The notes: generated from the letters alone by a model not told the origin. DNA of 64,000 bases from an uncultured Candidatus Saccharibacteria bacterium (GCA_964505635.1 CAZDIP010000002.1:165843-229842), one strand, 5' to 3'. Positions 19,099 through 29,364 are shown, counted from the first letter of the stretch. Program-made: numbers and translations.

Positions 19099-19569
19099 AT
19101 GACGGATTACGATAAAATTGAACAAATTAAAGCGATTATTTTAGAGTTGCTTGAACAAGCCGGTTTTTCAGCGGCTGTGGAATACGAGGAAAGTATTACC
19201 AAAGGCCTGATTTTTAATATTAGCACGCCGGATTCTTTTTTGTTGATTGGAAGACAGGGGTCTGCTCTCCATGCCTTGCAAGTGCTGGTTCAGTCTTTGG
19301 TTTTTAAGCGCATGCCCGCCCAAGATCCAGTATGGTTTTCTATTGACGTTGATGATTACAAGCGTAAAAGAGAGTGGTATTTGAAGGAAACCGCTAAGGC
19401 GGCCGCTGAAAAGTTGAAAAAAACCGGCCGCGCTCAGGCGCTAGAATTTATGCCGGCTTATGAACGCCGTTTTGTTCACGCGTATTTGCAGCAGCATGAA
19501 CCAGAGGTTTATTCGGAGAGCTTGGGTCAGGAACCGAGCAGACGCATAGTAATTAGATTAAAAAAATAA
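19099..19569 (+). CDS. jag: Jag/KhpB R3H-domain RNA-binding protein
   Basis: C-terminal R3H-like region (ERRFVHAYLQQH); operon position after yidC. Confidence 0.8.
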   Translation: MTDYDKIEQIKAIILELLEQAGFSAAVEYEESITKGLIFNISTPDSFLLIGRQGSALHALQVLVQSLVFKRMPAQDPVWFSIDVDDYKRKREWYLKETAKAAAEKLKKTGRAQALEFMPAYERRFVHAYLQQHEPEVYSESLGQEPSRRIVIRLKK

Positions 19570-19570
19570 G

Positions 19571-19598
19571 AAAATACCCCCTAAAAAGGGGGTTTTTT
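19571..19598. terminator. bidirectional terminator between jag and convergent gene
   Basis: ccccctaaaaaggggg hairpin flanked by A- and T-runs. Confidence 0.6.
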
Positions 19599-20763
19599 AA
19601 ATTAAACTTAAAATTAACCAAAAAACTACGGCCAGGTCATTTTTAAAATATGGGTTGTCAAACTGGCCTTGCACAAGTACGGTAATTAAAAAAATGGCGA
19701 CAGAAAGACCAATTAGGTTTTTATGATCTGTTAAGCCTTTATAAATAGCGGAGAAAATTATTATCAAAACGGAAAATAAACCCAAAATACCGGTTTCGGT
19801 CCAGAAATTTAAAAATATATTGTGGGGGTAATTATGGTTTGGCAAGCTTTGGTCTTGGATTATTCTTTTATATTCCCTGGCATAGCCTCCAAGGCCCAAA
19901 CCAAAAATCGGTGATTCTTTTATGGCCGCTATCCCGCTTTGCCAGAGAGTCAGCCGGGAGGTAGATGACTTTTCCCCTTGCAAGGGAGCTGTTAAACGCT
20001 CTTTTAAAAATGGGTTGGCATAAACTGTCAGTCCGGCCACCAAAGCCAGCGCGCCAAGCAAAAGTCTGGTTTTTTTGTTTCCGGCAAAAAAGATATAAGT
20101 TAACAGGGCGAAAAACAGTCCAATCCAGCCGGAACGTGATAAGGACAATAGCAGGCCAAAAGCCCCTATAAGCCAGAGCATTAACCAAAATTTATTTTTA
20201 TTTAAAGATTTAATTTTTTGTCCTAGGTCCGGGATTAAAAAGCCTAAAAGCGGGGCAGACCACAGTGCGTAAAAATTAGGATGGCCAAAAATAGAAAGTG
20301 CCCGCCTTGGTTCTTGCTGGTTGCCTGCAAATAAGGGTAAAAGCCCCATGCCGGTGAAATATTGAATTATGGCGTAAAGACCCAAAGCGGAAAGTGCCAA
20401 ATAAAGAGCAATAATAAGAAAGTTTTTTGAAGCCGGGGATTTTTCAAAAGTATATTTAGCAATAAAATAAAGGCTGAGAGGCTGCAAAAACAAAACTAAA
20501 AATAATCCTAATGACCCCGTGTCATACCCGGCCTTAATTAGACCCACAACTCCGGCAATAAAAAAAAATCCAACCGCAATATTTTGTTTTTTAAGCCAGC
20601 TTGCAAAAGTAAATATTTCGCCTTTCTTTTTTAACGTATAACAGAAAACTAACCAGACTAAAGCAATCCAAGCCATTAACATGTTGGCAGGAAGCCCTAG
20701 CAGGTTAAATCGCAATGAATAGGCTGGGTTTAAAAAGAGGCTGATTAAGATTAAGTATGTCAT
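19597..20763 (-). CDS. O-antigen ligase/polymerase (Wzy_C) family membrane protein
   Basis: ~10 TM helices with central periplasmic loop; overlaps PBP gene by 4 nt. Confidence 0.5.
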   Translation of the reverse strand: MTYLILISLFLNPAYSLRFNLLGLPANMLMAWIALVWLVFCYTLKKKGEIFTFASWLKKQNIAVGFFFIAGVVGLIKAGYDTGSLGLFLVLFLQPLSLYFIAKYTFEKSPASKNFLIIALYLALSALGLYAIIQYFTGMGLLPLFAGNQQEPRRALSIFGHPNFYALWSAPLLGFLIPDLGQKIKSLNKNKFWLMLWLIGAFGLLLSLSRSGWIGLFFALLTYIFFAGNKKTRLLLGALALVAGLTVYANPFLKERLTAPLQGEKSSTSRLTLWQSGIAAIKESPIFGLGLGGYAREYKRIIQDQSLPNHNYPHNIFLNFWTETGILGLFSVLIIIFSAIYKGLTDHKNLIGLSVAIFLITVLVQGQFDNPYFKNDLAVVFWLILSLI

Positions 20764-23351
20764 TGTTCGCTTGGGGTGTTTAAGCTGGGCAGCGCTTCTT
20801 TGCTAAAAGTTACATTTACGCTCGTATCAGCAGTGTTTCCCAAAATATCAACAACTTTTATGGCAATGGTGTGCGGCCCGTTTGAATATTGGTTGTACAA
20901 AGTAAAAAGGTAAGGCATTGAGGTTTTGCTTGCAACAAAAAACCCGTCTATATAGACATCTACTCTGGATATGGGATTATTGCCAACCGCGGAGACATTA
21001 ACCAAAAAAGGAACTTCCGAAATAATAGCCTCTTCTTGCGGTTGTAGTATGTTGACAACAGGGTTTGTTGTGTTGTTATTGGGCACAGAAGGTATGCCTA
21101 GCCCTTGCGGGTATCTGTAGCCGTTGGCTAAAGCCCAGGCAATAACCGCGTTTTCCCAAGCTGGGATTTCGGGTTTTTCGCTATGAAGTACAACGTAATT
21201 TTCGTAAATAATTTGGCTCGGAGGAGTTTGGCTGGTAGCAGGCAAATGAGTGATTGAGTCAATCGCAACTGTCTGGTGCACATCGTCGGTTTGTACGGGG
21301 ATCGAATAGTCTGCAAATACTTCTTCTTTAGTGCTAGGGGTGTTGTTTGAAGGTAATTTTCCGGATAATTCGTCTACAACTATTTTGGTAATTCCAGGCG
21401 GTTGTTTAAATTCTTCAACTGGATTGTCTTTAAGCGCTGTTTTCATAAATTCATTCCATATTGGAGCCGCAACGAAAACCCCGTCAGCACCTTTTTTTAG
21501 CAAGGTGCCGTCGTTGTTTCCTACCCAAACCCCCGCGGCCAAAGACGGGGTAAATCCTACGGTCCAACCGTCTTGCCATTTTTGGGTGGTGCCGGTTTTG
21601 GCTGCTACAGGCCTGTCAGGTAAAATTAGTGGCGAGTTGGAGCCAAAAACATAAGCTCGAGCCTTATTGTCTGTCATAATACTAGTTAGTAAATATACAG
21701 CTTGCGGGTCAGCAATAATTTGCGGCTCATCTTTATATTCTTCTAAAATTTTTTGGTCTCGGTTGATTATTTTTAAAATCGCTGTTTTTTCATGTTTAAC
21801 CCCCCCGTTGGCTATGACCGAATAAGCGGCCACGTGATCAAGTAGTTTTATTTCACAACCGCCCAATACCAAAGACAGACCGCAGTCAGCCAGAGGGCTG
21901 GTAATGCCAAGGTCTCTTGCTGTTTGCACAGCATTATCGACACCGACTAATGCCAATGTTTTTACAGCTGGAATGTTTAGAGAGCCAGCCAAGGCCTGGC
22001 GCATGGAAATGGGTCCGCGTTCTTTGCCGTCATAGTTTTGAGGTGCATAGTCTTTGTCGCCGTACCTTCCGAAATTTGTGGTCACATCTAAGAGCATAGT
22101 GGCCGGAGCGTACTTGAATTCTTTGGAAAAGGCTGTCAGGTAGACATAGGGCTTAAAACTACTGCCGGGCTGGCGGCTGGAAACGGCAACGTTTACATTA
22201 GGTTCAAATAAGCAATTTTTTCCGGGCTTACAACCTTCCGGCAAAGGGTCAGCAAAATAGTCTTTACTTCCAACCATAGCTAAAATTTGTCCTGTTTTAG
22301 GGTCAATTGCCACTAAAGCCGCATTATTACCGTTATATTTTTTTGAATTTTTTTCTACGCCCTTCAAAACAGCTTCTTCGGCAATTTTTTGTAAAGATGG
22401 ATCTAGAGTGGTATAAACTTTTAACCCCCCTTCCTGCAAAGTTTTTTCTCCGAATTTTTGAGCCAGATAGTCCTGAACCATTAACACAAAATGCGGGGCA
22501 TTTATAGCGGTTTTTGTTTTGGAAAATTCCACTTTTTCGTCTTTGGCTGCTTGTTCCTGTTCTTTGGTTATATAACCTTGCTCGCGCATTTGACTTAATA
22601 TGTAGTCTTTCCTGCCATCCAATATTTGTCTGTTTGGGCCGAATGGGTTGTACCGGCTTGGCGATTGCGGGAGAGCTGCCAGATAAGCGCTTTCAGCCAG
22701 ACTTAAATCTTTGGCGTGTTTGCCAAAATAACTTTGAGCAGCCGCCTCTACCCCGTAGGAATTACGGCCGTAAGGAATTTCATTTAAATATAATTTTAAT
22801 ATGTCATCTTTGGAAAAACGCGCTTCTAAACTTAAAGATAAAATAGCTTCTCGGATTTTACGATCAAAGCTTTTGCTGTTGTTTAAAACCGCATTTTTTA
22901 CAAATTGTTGAGTTAGGGTGCTGCCGCCTCCGCCGCTGGGACCAAGGTTTATCGCATACCTGAAAACTGAACGGAAAATCCCTCTAAAATAAAGGCCGTG
23001 GTGTTGGTAAAAATCTTTATCTTCTATGGCAATGGTAGCATGTTGTAGGTCCGGGGAAATTTGGTCCAAATTTACCAATGTTCTTTTCGCTTCCCCGTGA
23101 ATTTCATAAAGCAGGGTGTTGTCCCGCGCGTAAATTTTAGTGCTTTCGGTAACCTGCCGTTCAAGCAGCTTGTTGGGGTCTGGCAAGTCTTTAGCGTAAT
23201 AAGCAAAAATTAAAGCCCCGGTAATTATGCCTAAAGCAATCAGCCTAAAGCCCCACAGGCCTAATTTTTTAACATCCCAGTGCCATTTTAAAAACCCCTT
23301 TTTCCTGAATTTTGATTTAGGCTCCTTATTTTTATAACTATACACGCGCAT
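20760..23351 (-). CDS. penicillin-binding protein 1A (bifunctional glycosyltransferase/transpeptidase)
   Basis: GT51 motifs (IAIEDKDFYQHHG, RKIRE), SSFKP active-site serine, C-terminal Ig-like extension. Confidence 0.9.
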   Translation of the reverse strand: MRVYSYKNKEPKSKFRKKGFLKWHWDVKKLGLWGFRLIALGIITGALIFAYYAKDLPDPNKLLERQVTESTKIYARDNTLLYEIHGEAKRTLVNLDQISPDLQHATIAIEDKDFYQHHGLYFRGIFRSVFRYAINLGPSGGGGSTLTQQFVKNAVLNNSKSFDRKIREAILSLSLEARFSKDDILKLYLNEIPYGRNSYGVEAAAQSYFGKHAKDLSLAESAYLAALPQSPSRYNPFGPNRQILDGRKDYILSQMREQGYITKEQEQAAKDEKVEFSKTKTAINAPHFVLMVQDYLAQKFGEKTLQEGGLKVYTTLDPSLQKIAEEAVLKGVEKNSKKYNGNNAALVAIDPKTGQILAMVGSKDYFADPLPEGCKPGKNCLFEPNVNVAVSSRQPGSSFKPYVYLTAFSKEFKYAPATMLLDVTTNFGRYGDKDYAPQNYDGKERGPISMRQALAGSLNIPAVKTLALVGVDNAVQTARDLGITSPLADCGLSLVLGGCEIKLLDHVAAYSVIANGGVKHEKTAILKIINRDQKILEEYKDEPQIIADPQAVYLLTSIMTDNKARAYVFGSNSPLILPDRPVAAKTGTTQKWQDGWTVGFTPSLAAGVWVGNNDGTLLKKGADGVFVAAPIWNEFMKTALKDNPVEEFKQPPGITKIVVDELSGKLPSNNTPSTKEEVFADYSIPVQTDDVHQTVAIDSITHLPATSQTPPSQIIYENYVVLHSEKPEIPAWENAVIAWALANGYRYPQGLGIPSVPNNNTTNPVVNILQPQEEAIISEVPFLVNVSAVGNNPISRVDVYIDGFFVASKTSMPYLFTLYNQYSNGPHTIAIKVVDILGNTADTSVNVTFSKEALPSLNTPSEQ

Positions 23352-23377
23352 GGCCTAATTATAACGGATTATGTATA

Positions 23378-24589
23378 ATGTATAAAGTATTAAAAATGAG
23401 ACCTATGGATGATATAAAAATAGAAGAACTTTTGAGCCGGGGGGTTGAAGAAGTTATAGACAAAGCTAATTTGGAAAAGGCTTTGAGAAGCAAAAAAAAA
23501 TTAAGGGTAAAATTGGGAATTGATCCGACCTCGCCCAATATTCATATTGGCCGCGCTGTTGTTTTATGGAAATTACGAGCTTTTCAGGAATTGGGGCACA
23601 AAGTCGTATTTATTGTAGGTGATTTCACCGGACTTATTGGCGACACTTCAGATAAAGACAGTGAAAGACCGATGCTTGACGACAAAATAATACAAACCAA
23701 TCTTAAAAGCTATTTTTCACAGGCTGCAAAAATTATAGATCAGAAGAAAGCCGAAATGCACTATAATTCTAAGTGGCTAAAGAAAATAGGTTTTTTTGAG
23801 CTTGGGAAGCTGGCAAACTTATTTGGCCTGCATGAAATGTCGGCCAGGGAAAATATTGCCTTAAGGCTTAAGGCTGGTAAGCCTGTTTCTTTGAGGGAAT
23901 TGCTATATCCTCTTATGCAGGGCTATGACTCCGTTGCAGTGAAGGCTGATGTTGAACTTGGGGGAACAGACCAGAGATTTAACTTGTTAGCGGGGCGCAC
24001 AATTCAAAAAGCTTACGGTCAAAAGCCGCAAGATATTTTAACCACACGATTAATGGAAGGAACGGACGGAAGAAAAATGTCATCTTCTTGGGGCAATACC
24101 GTCAATATTACCGATGAACCCAATAATATGTTTGGGAAAGTAATGTCCATACCCGACAATTTAATCAAAAAATATTTTGTGTTGGCGACTCGAACGCCTT
24201 TAGAGGAAATAGATGAAATTTTAAAATTCCCTAATCCTCGCGATCAAAAACTAAAATTAGCGGAAGAAATTACCAAACTCTACCATGGTGAGAAAAAGGC
24301 TTTAGCCGCTAGAATTGCTTTTATAAACCAGTTTAGTAAAGGCGAGCTCCCGCCTGATATAGAAACAAAAAAAATTACCGGTGTAATGCAACCGGTTGGA
24401 AATTATAAGCTGTCAGTTTTAATGAAAACTGTAGGATTGGTGGAGAGCAAAGGAGAGGCTCGTAGGTTAATAGAGCAAAAGGGTGTAAAGGTTAATGAGA
24501 TTGTAAGCGATGATGTTGAAATATCTTTAGATGGCAAACAGGAATATCTACTCCAGGTAGGAAAAAGAAAAATTTTACGAATAAAATAA
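23378..24589 (+). CDS. tyrS: tyrosine--tRNA ligase
   Basis: HIGH (PNIHIGRAV) and KMSKS-like (KMSSS) motifs; C-terminal S4-like domain. Confidence 0.9.
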   Translation: MYKVLKMRPMDDIKIEELLSRGVEEVIDKANLEKALRSKKKLRVKLGIDPTSPNIHIGRAVVLWKLRAFQELGHKVVFIVGDFTGLIGDTSDKDSERPMLDDKIIQTNLKSYFSQAAKIIDQKKAEMHYNSKWLKKIGFFELGKLANLFGLHEMSARENIALRLKAGKPVSLRELLYPLMQGYDSVAVKADVELGGTDQRFNLLAGRTIQKAYGQKPQDILTTRLMEGTDGRKMSSSWGNTVNITDEPNNMFGKVMSIPDNLIKKYFVLATRTPLEEIDEILKFPNPRDQKLKLAEEITKLYHGEKKALAARIAFINQFSKGELPPDIETKKITGVMQPVGNYKLSVLMKTVGLVESKGEARRLIEQKGVKVNEIVSDDVEISLDGKQEYLLQVGKRKILRIK

Positions 24590-24597
24590 GTTATTTT

Positions 24598-24634
24598 AAA
24601 ACCCCCTTTCTAAACTAGAAAGGGGGTTTTATTT
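24598..24634 (+). terminator. rho-independent terminator after tyrS
   Basis: aaaccccctttctaaactagaaagggggtttt. Confidence 0.6.
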
Positions 24635-24640
24635 TCTTTG

Positions 24641-24832
24641 TTATACAGCCTCTTGCGAGGGAGTTTCCTCACTTGTTTCGTTTTCTGGATCCATCGTTCC
24701 TGAATCATCGGCAGCGCTGCCTGCGTCAGGCATGCCGGTTGTGGGAGTGTCTTCGAAAAGCATAGTTGATTCCTTTCTGCATCCCTCCAAAAAGAGAGAG
24801 CGGGTTAAGAATAAATTTAGTATATCAGCCAA
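24641..24832 (-). CDS. small acidic low-complexity ORF (doubtful)
   Basis: 63-aa ORF overlapping ruvC end by 8 nt; no recognisable domain. Confidence 0.2.
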   Translation of the reverse strand: MADILNLFLTRSLFLEGCRKESTMLFEDTPTTGMPDAGSAADDSGTMDPENETSEETPSQEAV

Positions 24833-25325
24833 GTTTTTTTCTGTCCAGGTTTTTTGAGTAAAAATGGCCGGTACACAAAGCAGCAGCTAACGCATCTGCG
24901 GCATCGTCTGGCTTAGGCACACTTTTTAAATTAAAAATTTTTTGTACCATATACTGCACTTGTTTTTTTTCCGCCTTGCCGTAACCGCATATAAAATTTT
25001 TTATTTGCAGCGGGGTAAATTCATAAATCGGTAGCCCGTTGTTTTGCGCTATGTATAGCACAACTCCCCTGGCTTGGCTCACGCTCATAACAGTTTTTTG
25101 ATTAGTGGTAAAAAATAGTTTTTCCACCCCAACAGCCTTTGGTTTATATTTGTCTATAATTGCAGAAATATCATCGCCTAAAATTTTAAGGCGATCAGCA
25201 TCTCTCAGTCTTTTATCTGTGGAAATCACCCCAAAATCAACCAAAGTGGGCTGATTGGTTTTTTCTATTTTAATTATGCCGTATCCGGTTGTGGCGGTGC
25301 CGGGGTCAATGCCGAGGATTGTCAT
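24825..25325 (-). CDS. ruvC: crossover junction endodeoxyribonuclease RuvC
   Basis: MTILGIDPGTATTGYGII N-terminus with catalytic Asp. Confidence 0.9.
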   Translation of the reverse strand: MTILGIDPGTATTGYGIIKIEKTNQPTLVDFGVISTDKRLRDADRLKILGDDISAIIDKYKPKAVGVEKLFFTTNQKTVMSVSQARGVVLYIAQNNGLPIYEFTPLQIKNFICGYGKAEKKQVQYMVQKIFNLKSVPKPDDAADALAAALCTGHFYSKNLDRKKLG

Positions 25326-25353
25326 ACCTTAACTAATAACAATTAATTTATAA

Positions 25354-25716
25354 CTAGTAACTGTTGCGGATAAACTTCTCAAAGCCACGGAGCTGTTTTG
25401 AAACATTTTCTATTTTAACCAGGATATCATCATATTGAGATTGATTAATACATTCATCATCCAAAGCGCAGTCAAAGCAAGCAACGACTTCGTCTAAGGA
25501 TGTCATTGAGCGGTTAATGAATAAATTTTTATCCTTTTCGGTTTTTCTGTTAGAACCTTCTGCGATTTGCAAAACCACCGAGAGAACTGCTCGTCTCAGT
25601 TGATTAGTTAGAATGTAAAATTCGTCTTTAGGGAATAGCTTTGCAAGCTTATTTACATCTACTCTTAGTTTTCTGGCATCTTTATAAACTTGCCAATTTT
25701 GGAACCTGTAAGCCAT
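25354..25716 (-). CDS. four-helix-bundle protein (23S rRNA intervening-sequence protein family)
   Basis: ~120 aa, pattern typical of TIGR02436-like proteins. Confidence 0.55.
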   Translation of the reverse strand: MAYRFQNWQVYKDARKLRVDVNKLAKLFPKDEFYILTNQLRRAVLSVVLQIAEGSNRKTEKDKNLFINRSMTSLDEVVACFDCALDDECINQSQYDDILVKIENVSKQLRGFEKFIRNSY

Positions 25717-25748
25717 GCCTTTGTTTGTTACTTGTTATCAATTATTTG

Positions 25749-26471
25749 TTATACGTTTGCTGAAGTATGCACCGCAATTACGTCTTCGTCATTCTCTAAT
25801 TCAGCAAATAAATTATCAACTTTAGGTTTTTGATCTTCAGTTAAATTAACACCCTGCGAAGACTCTTTTATTATATCCGCCCGTGCGATTTTTGCGCCAG
25901 CTGTTGTTAAAGATTGTTTTATTTTACCCAAGTCTAAAGGCTTGGTGTAAACTTCTAAGCCTTCTGCCGATTCGCGCACATCTTCGGCGCCGGCGTCGAT
26001 GGCGGCTAATTCAATTTGTGATAAATCATCGCGGTCGCGCTCCACTAAAATTTGCCCCTTAGTGCTAAACTGCCAAGCAACAGAGTTTTGCGCGCCTATG
26101 CTTCCGCCGTGTTTGGCAAATATGTGGCGGATGTTTTGAAAAGTCCTGTTAGAATTGTCGGTCGCACATTCTACCAAAAACGCAGTGCCAAAAGGCCCAT
26201 AGCCCTCGTAAACCACCTCCTGTATTTGCCCTGCCCCACTTCCTGTTGATGCCTTAATCGCCCTTTCAATGTTTTCGTTAGGCATGCCCTGGTCTTTGGC
26301 ATATTCAATCGCGCCTTTTAATTTAAAGTTAACAGAGGGGTCGCCGCTGCCTCCGCCTTCTTTTACTGCTATGCTGATTTTTTTCCCAAGCTTGGAATAC
26401 AAAAGTCCGCGCTTTTGGTCAAGTGTGCCTTTGGTTCTTTTAATTTGTGACCATTTACTGTGCCCGCTCAT
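25749..26471 (-). CDS. yebC: YebC/PmpR family DNA-binding regulator
   Basis: MSGHSKWSQIKRTKG N-terminus. Confidence 0.9.
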   Translation of the reverse strand: MSGHSKWSQIKRTKGTLDQKRGLLYSKLGKKISIAVKEGGGSGDPSVNFKLKGAIEYAKDQGMPNENIERAIKASTGSGAGQIQEVVYEGYGPFGTAFLVECATDNSNRTFQNIRHIFAKHGGSIGAQNSVAWQFSTKGQILVERDRDDLSQIELAAIDAGAEDVRESAEGLEVYTKPLDLGKIKQSLTTAGAKIARADIIKESSQGVNLTEDQKPKVDNLFAELENDEDVIAVHTSANV

Positions 26472-26740
26472 AGATTTTTATAAATGTCGTGCTTGCCAAT
26501 GCTAATAAACACTACTCCCCCGTTGGGTTTTCGGTAGAAAATTATTCTGTAGCTTAAATTTATTGATATTGAAAAAAGCCCAGCCAGTTTACCTTTTAAG
26601 CTGTGTAGCCCAAGCGAAGGATGGAGAGGGTTTTCCCGGAAAACTTTTTCTTTCGTAATTGTCAGCTCTTGAATATCCCTGGGTATTTTTTTCAACAGTT
26701 TTACAAACTCCAGTGAGTAGGATATTTCTTTTATAATCAT
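26468..26740 (-). CDS. type II toxin-antitoxin toxin, RelE/ParE superfamily
   Basis: 90 aa, immediately downstream of a 75-aa RHH-like partner, separated by 2 nt. Confidence 0.55.
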   Translation of the reverse strand: MIIKEISYSLEFVKLLKKIPRDIQELTITKEKVFRENPLHPSLGLHSLKGKLAGLFSISINLSYRIIFYRKPNGGVVFISIGKHDIYKNL

Positions 26741-26742
26741 AA

Positions 26743-26970
26743 TTATAAAAGGTCGGCCAGCGAGCTTGCTTTTATGAGTTTTCCGTCCTTTTCGTCCTTT
26801 TTTGCTTGCTTGTATATGCGCAGCAGTTCTTTTTCGGTAATTAGGTTTTCATCGGAATCCACTAAATAGCGAATATAACTACTGGTATTGGGGAAACCTC
26901 GCTTTTTGGCCCTTGTTTTTATTTCCTGTGCCGTTTCCGGCGGCAAAGAAAGGTTTAAAATGGTTCTCAT
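26743..26970 (-). CDS. putative antitoxin (ribbon-helix-helix/ParD-like)
   Basis: 75 aa, basic N-terminus, upstream partner of RelE-like toxin. Confidence 0.5.
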   Translation of the reverse strand: MRTILNLSLPPETAQEIKTRAKKRGFPNTSSYIRYLVDSDENLITEKELLRIYKQAKKDEKDGKLIKASSLADLL

Positions 26971-26978
26971 AACTTAAT

Positions 26979-26998
26979 TGTATTACAGCTGTAATACA
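26979..26998. promoter_or_regulatory. perfect 20-bp palindrome (TGTATTACAGCTGTAATACA), putative TA operator
   Basis: located 9 nt upstream of the antitoxin start on the minus strand. Confidence 0.45.
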
Positions 26999-27062
26999 GG
27001 TGTCAAGGCACATTAATTTTTAAACTTAAGTCCATCTGTGTTCTGTCCTAAAAGGCGTTTTA

Positions 27063-27980
27063 TTATGGATATTTCAAAAAATTAGTAATAATATGGCCAA
27101 GCTCTTTCTCTTTACCCGTAAAACCATGATCCCCGTTATTTATTATTCTAAAATCAAAATTTTGTTTTTTCTTTAGCTCGTGTTTAAAAATTTCAATAAT
27201 TTTAGGTACTTGGCCAAAACAAAATTCGTCTTTGTCACCGTATATAAGAATTGACTTTGAGTTTATTGATTTAATCTCTCTAAATAATTTTTTTTTGGTA
27301 ATATTTAACTTGTTTAATTTTTCTAAAAATGGAAAGGTATTATACAATCCTTCTGGGTTTAAAATGTCAAACATGCCTTGGTAGGAATAACATCGTCCGT
27401 TGATAATCTGGGGGTCCATAAAATTTATACCCTCACCACGTTTTATTTTTCTTTTGCAAAGACCTAAAATCTTAAAGAATTTTGTTCTCCCAAACTCATT
27501 GTAATATAAACCTTTATCATCTGCTCCGCAAATGATCAAGTTTTTTAATATTTGATTGCCTGGTTTTTTGTAGTGATATACGCAAATTTTATTTGCACCG
27601 GTTGAAAAACCAGAAAGCGCGAATTTTTTATACCCCAAAGTCTTTAAAAAACTAATCGCCCCGTCAATATCCTTAACACAGTCTTCGATTCGTTCGTGAG
27701 AAGTACCGCACCAATATCTTATAATTTTTCCATTTTTTTCGTACTTGATCCTGTTCGTTATACCACACCCACGGTTATTAAAAGCCAAAAAACTCCATCC
27801 GGCCGCATTGACGTATTTTGCGAGGCCGTTGTATTTTTTGGGATTCTGGAATACGGTGGTTATGCCATTACCATGTAGATTTATAAGAATATTCTTTGCG
27901 TTTTGCTTCTCAAATAAAAGTCCTGGAAGAGGTATTCCATCGGTGGCTTTGAAATGCACAAATTTCGCGTTACTAATCAT
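27063..27980 (-). CDS. alpha/beta hydrolase fold protein
   Basis: GFSTG nucleophile elbow (GxSxG), HGNG oxyanion region. Confidence 0.55.
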   Translation of the reverse strand: MISNAKFVHFKATDGIPLPGLLFEKQNAKNILINLHGNGITTVFQNPKKYNGLAKYVNAAGWSFLAFNNRGCGITNRIKYEKNGKIIRYWCGTSHERIEDCVKDIDGAISFLKTLGYKKFALSGFSTGANKICVYHYKKPGNQILKNLIICGADDKGLYYNEFGRTKFFKILGLCKRKIKRGEGINFMDPQIINGRCYSYQGMFDILNPEGLYNTFPFLEKLNKLNITKKKLFREIKSINSKSILIYGDKDEFCFGQVPKIIEIFKHELKKKQNFDFRIINNGDHGFTGKEKELGHIITNFLKYP

Positions 27981-28642
27981 TTAAATGAAACTAATATTGT
28001 TAATTCTCCTTTTATAGAAACCCGTTCTTTTAATTGATGAATGACATCTTGTGGATTGCCGCGAATAAATTCTTCATGCATTTTGGTAAGTTCGCGAGCG
28101 ACTACCACTTGGGAATTGGGAAAGGCGTTAGCCACGAAACTTAAAGTTTTTAAAATCCTTTCCGGACTTTCGTAAAATATAGCCGTACTTTCTGTGTCGG
28201 CCGCCGCCTGCAAAGCAGAAACAGCTTTGGCCGCGGTTTTTTGCAAAAAACCTAAAAACATAAAGCGGTCGGTTGGCAGGCCTGAGGCAGAAAGTGCGGT
28301 AATGGCAGCGTTCGCGCCAGGTATAGGAATAACCTGTACGTTTTGCGCTACACATTCTCTAACTAGCCTAAAGCCGGGGTCAGAAATACCAGGCGTGCCA
28401 GCGTCGGTAATTAAGCAGCCACTTTGTTTTATAAGCCTGCGGGTTAATTCTTTTACCACTTGCTGTTCATTAAATTCCGCGAACTGCATCAATTCTTTTG
28501 GCCAGGTGTCTATATGTTCCAAAAGCCTTCTGCTATACCCCGGATTTTCTGCAATTATAAAATCGCACGACTTTAATGTTTCGATAGCGCGTAAGGTTAT
28601 ATCTTGCAAATTTCCTATTGGGGTTGCGACTATGTAAAGCAT
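27977..28642 (-). CDS. rsmI: 16S rRNA (cytidine1402-2'-O)-methyltransferase
   Basis: MLYIVATPIGNLQDITLRAIETL tetrapyrrole-methylase-like N-terminus typical of RsmI. Confidence 0.85.
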   Translation of the reverse strand: MLYIVATPIGNLQDITLRAIETLKSCDFIIAENPGYSRRLLEHIDTWPKELMQFAEFNEQQVVKELTRRLIKQSGCLITDAGTPGISDPGFRLVRECVAQNVQVIPIPGANAAITALSASGLPTDRFMFLGFLQKTAAKAVSALQAAADTESTAIFYESPERILKTLSFVANAFPNSQVVVARELTKMHEEFIRGNPQDVIHQLKERVSIKGELTILVSFK

Positions 28643-28688
28643 GGATAGAATGATATGACTTAAAAGAATTAAATGAATGACACGAATA

Positions 28689-29054
28689 TCAACTTTTATG
28701 GTTATTAATCGCTGTATTTTTAGATGAAGTCATTATGGCGGTTAGCTCATCAGCTTCTTTTAGTAGTTTATTAATTACTTCTGGTTTTATTATGTTTGAG
28801 GCCACTAAAAGTTCGAGCCAGTCAAGGGTTTCGTCGCATTCTTCTACTACTGTCCCAATTTTGTGGATAAAGTCTTTTGCGGATTTACAGCGACATGCGG
28901 CGCGGTAGTTTGTATAGACCGAAGTCCCGGATCTTAATAATTGGTCTCCGATTCTTCTTCCAACATTGCCGCAATTCGCTTCTAAATATTTATACAATTT
29001 TACTGTTTCCACTGCGAATTCTTTTGTTCTTTGTTTTAAGTCTGATTTTTCCAT
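28689..29054 (-). CDS. four-helix-bundle protein (23S rRNA IVS protein family), second copy
   Basis: 121 aa with the same family pattern as 25354-25716. Confidence 0.5.
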   Translation of the reverse strand: MEKSDLKQRTKEFAVETVKLYKYLEANCGNVGRRIGDQLLRSGTSVYTNYRAACRCKSAKDFIHKIGTVVEECDETLDWLELLVASNIIKPEVINKLLKEADELTAIMTSSKNTAINNHKS

Positions 29055-29088
29055 ATTTTTGTCACTCTTTTAATTGCTGTCATTCTTG

Positions 29089-29364
29089 TCATTCATCATG
29101 GCTTTCTAGCCCAAACATTTCTTCTATTAAAGCGTATTCGTTACGTAGACGTTCGCGGTAATCGCCAAGCTCCCATTTTTCATCCCCCGAGGCTTCCTGG
29201 TATTTTTCTTCAGTTTGATCTAACTCGTCGTTTATAACTTCCAGGCGGGCATAGGCCTCTTCTTCTGTTTGGGGGGAGTGTTCAAGCCAGTCTCTGTAAG
29301 ACAGGCCTAGCCGATCTTCGTATTTTTCTTCAAACAAATCTTTTATTTTTTCTTCATCTAGCAT
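29089..29364 (-). CDS. hypothetical acidic protein
   Basis: start taken at MLDEEK; highly acidic, no domain recognised. Confidence 0.3.
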   Translation of the reverse strand: MLDEEKIKDLFEEKYEDRLGLSYRDWLEHSPQTEEEAYARLEVINDELDQTEEKYQEASGDEKWELGDYRERLRNEYALIEEMFGLESHDE

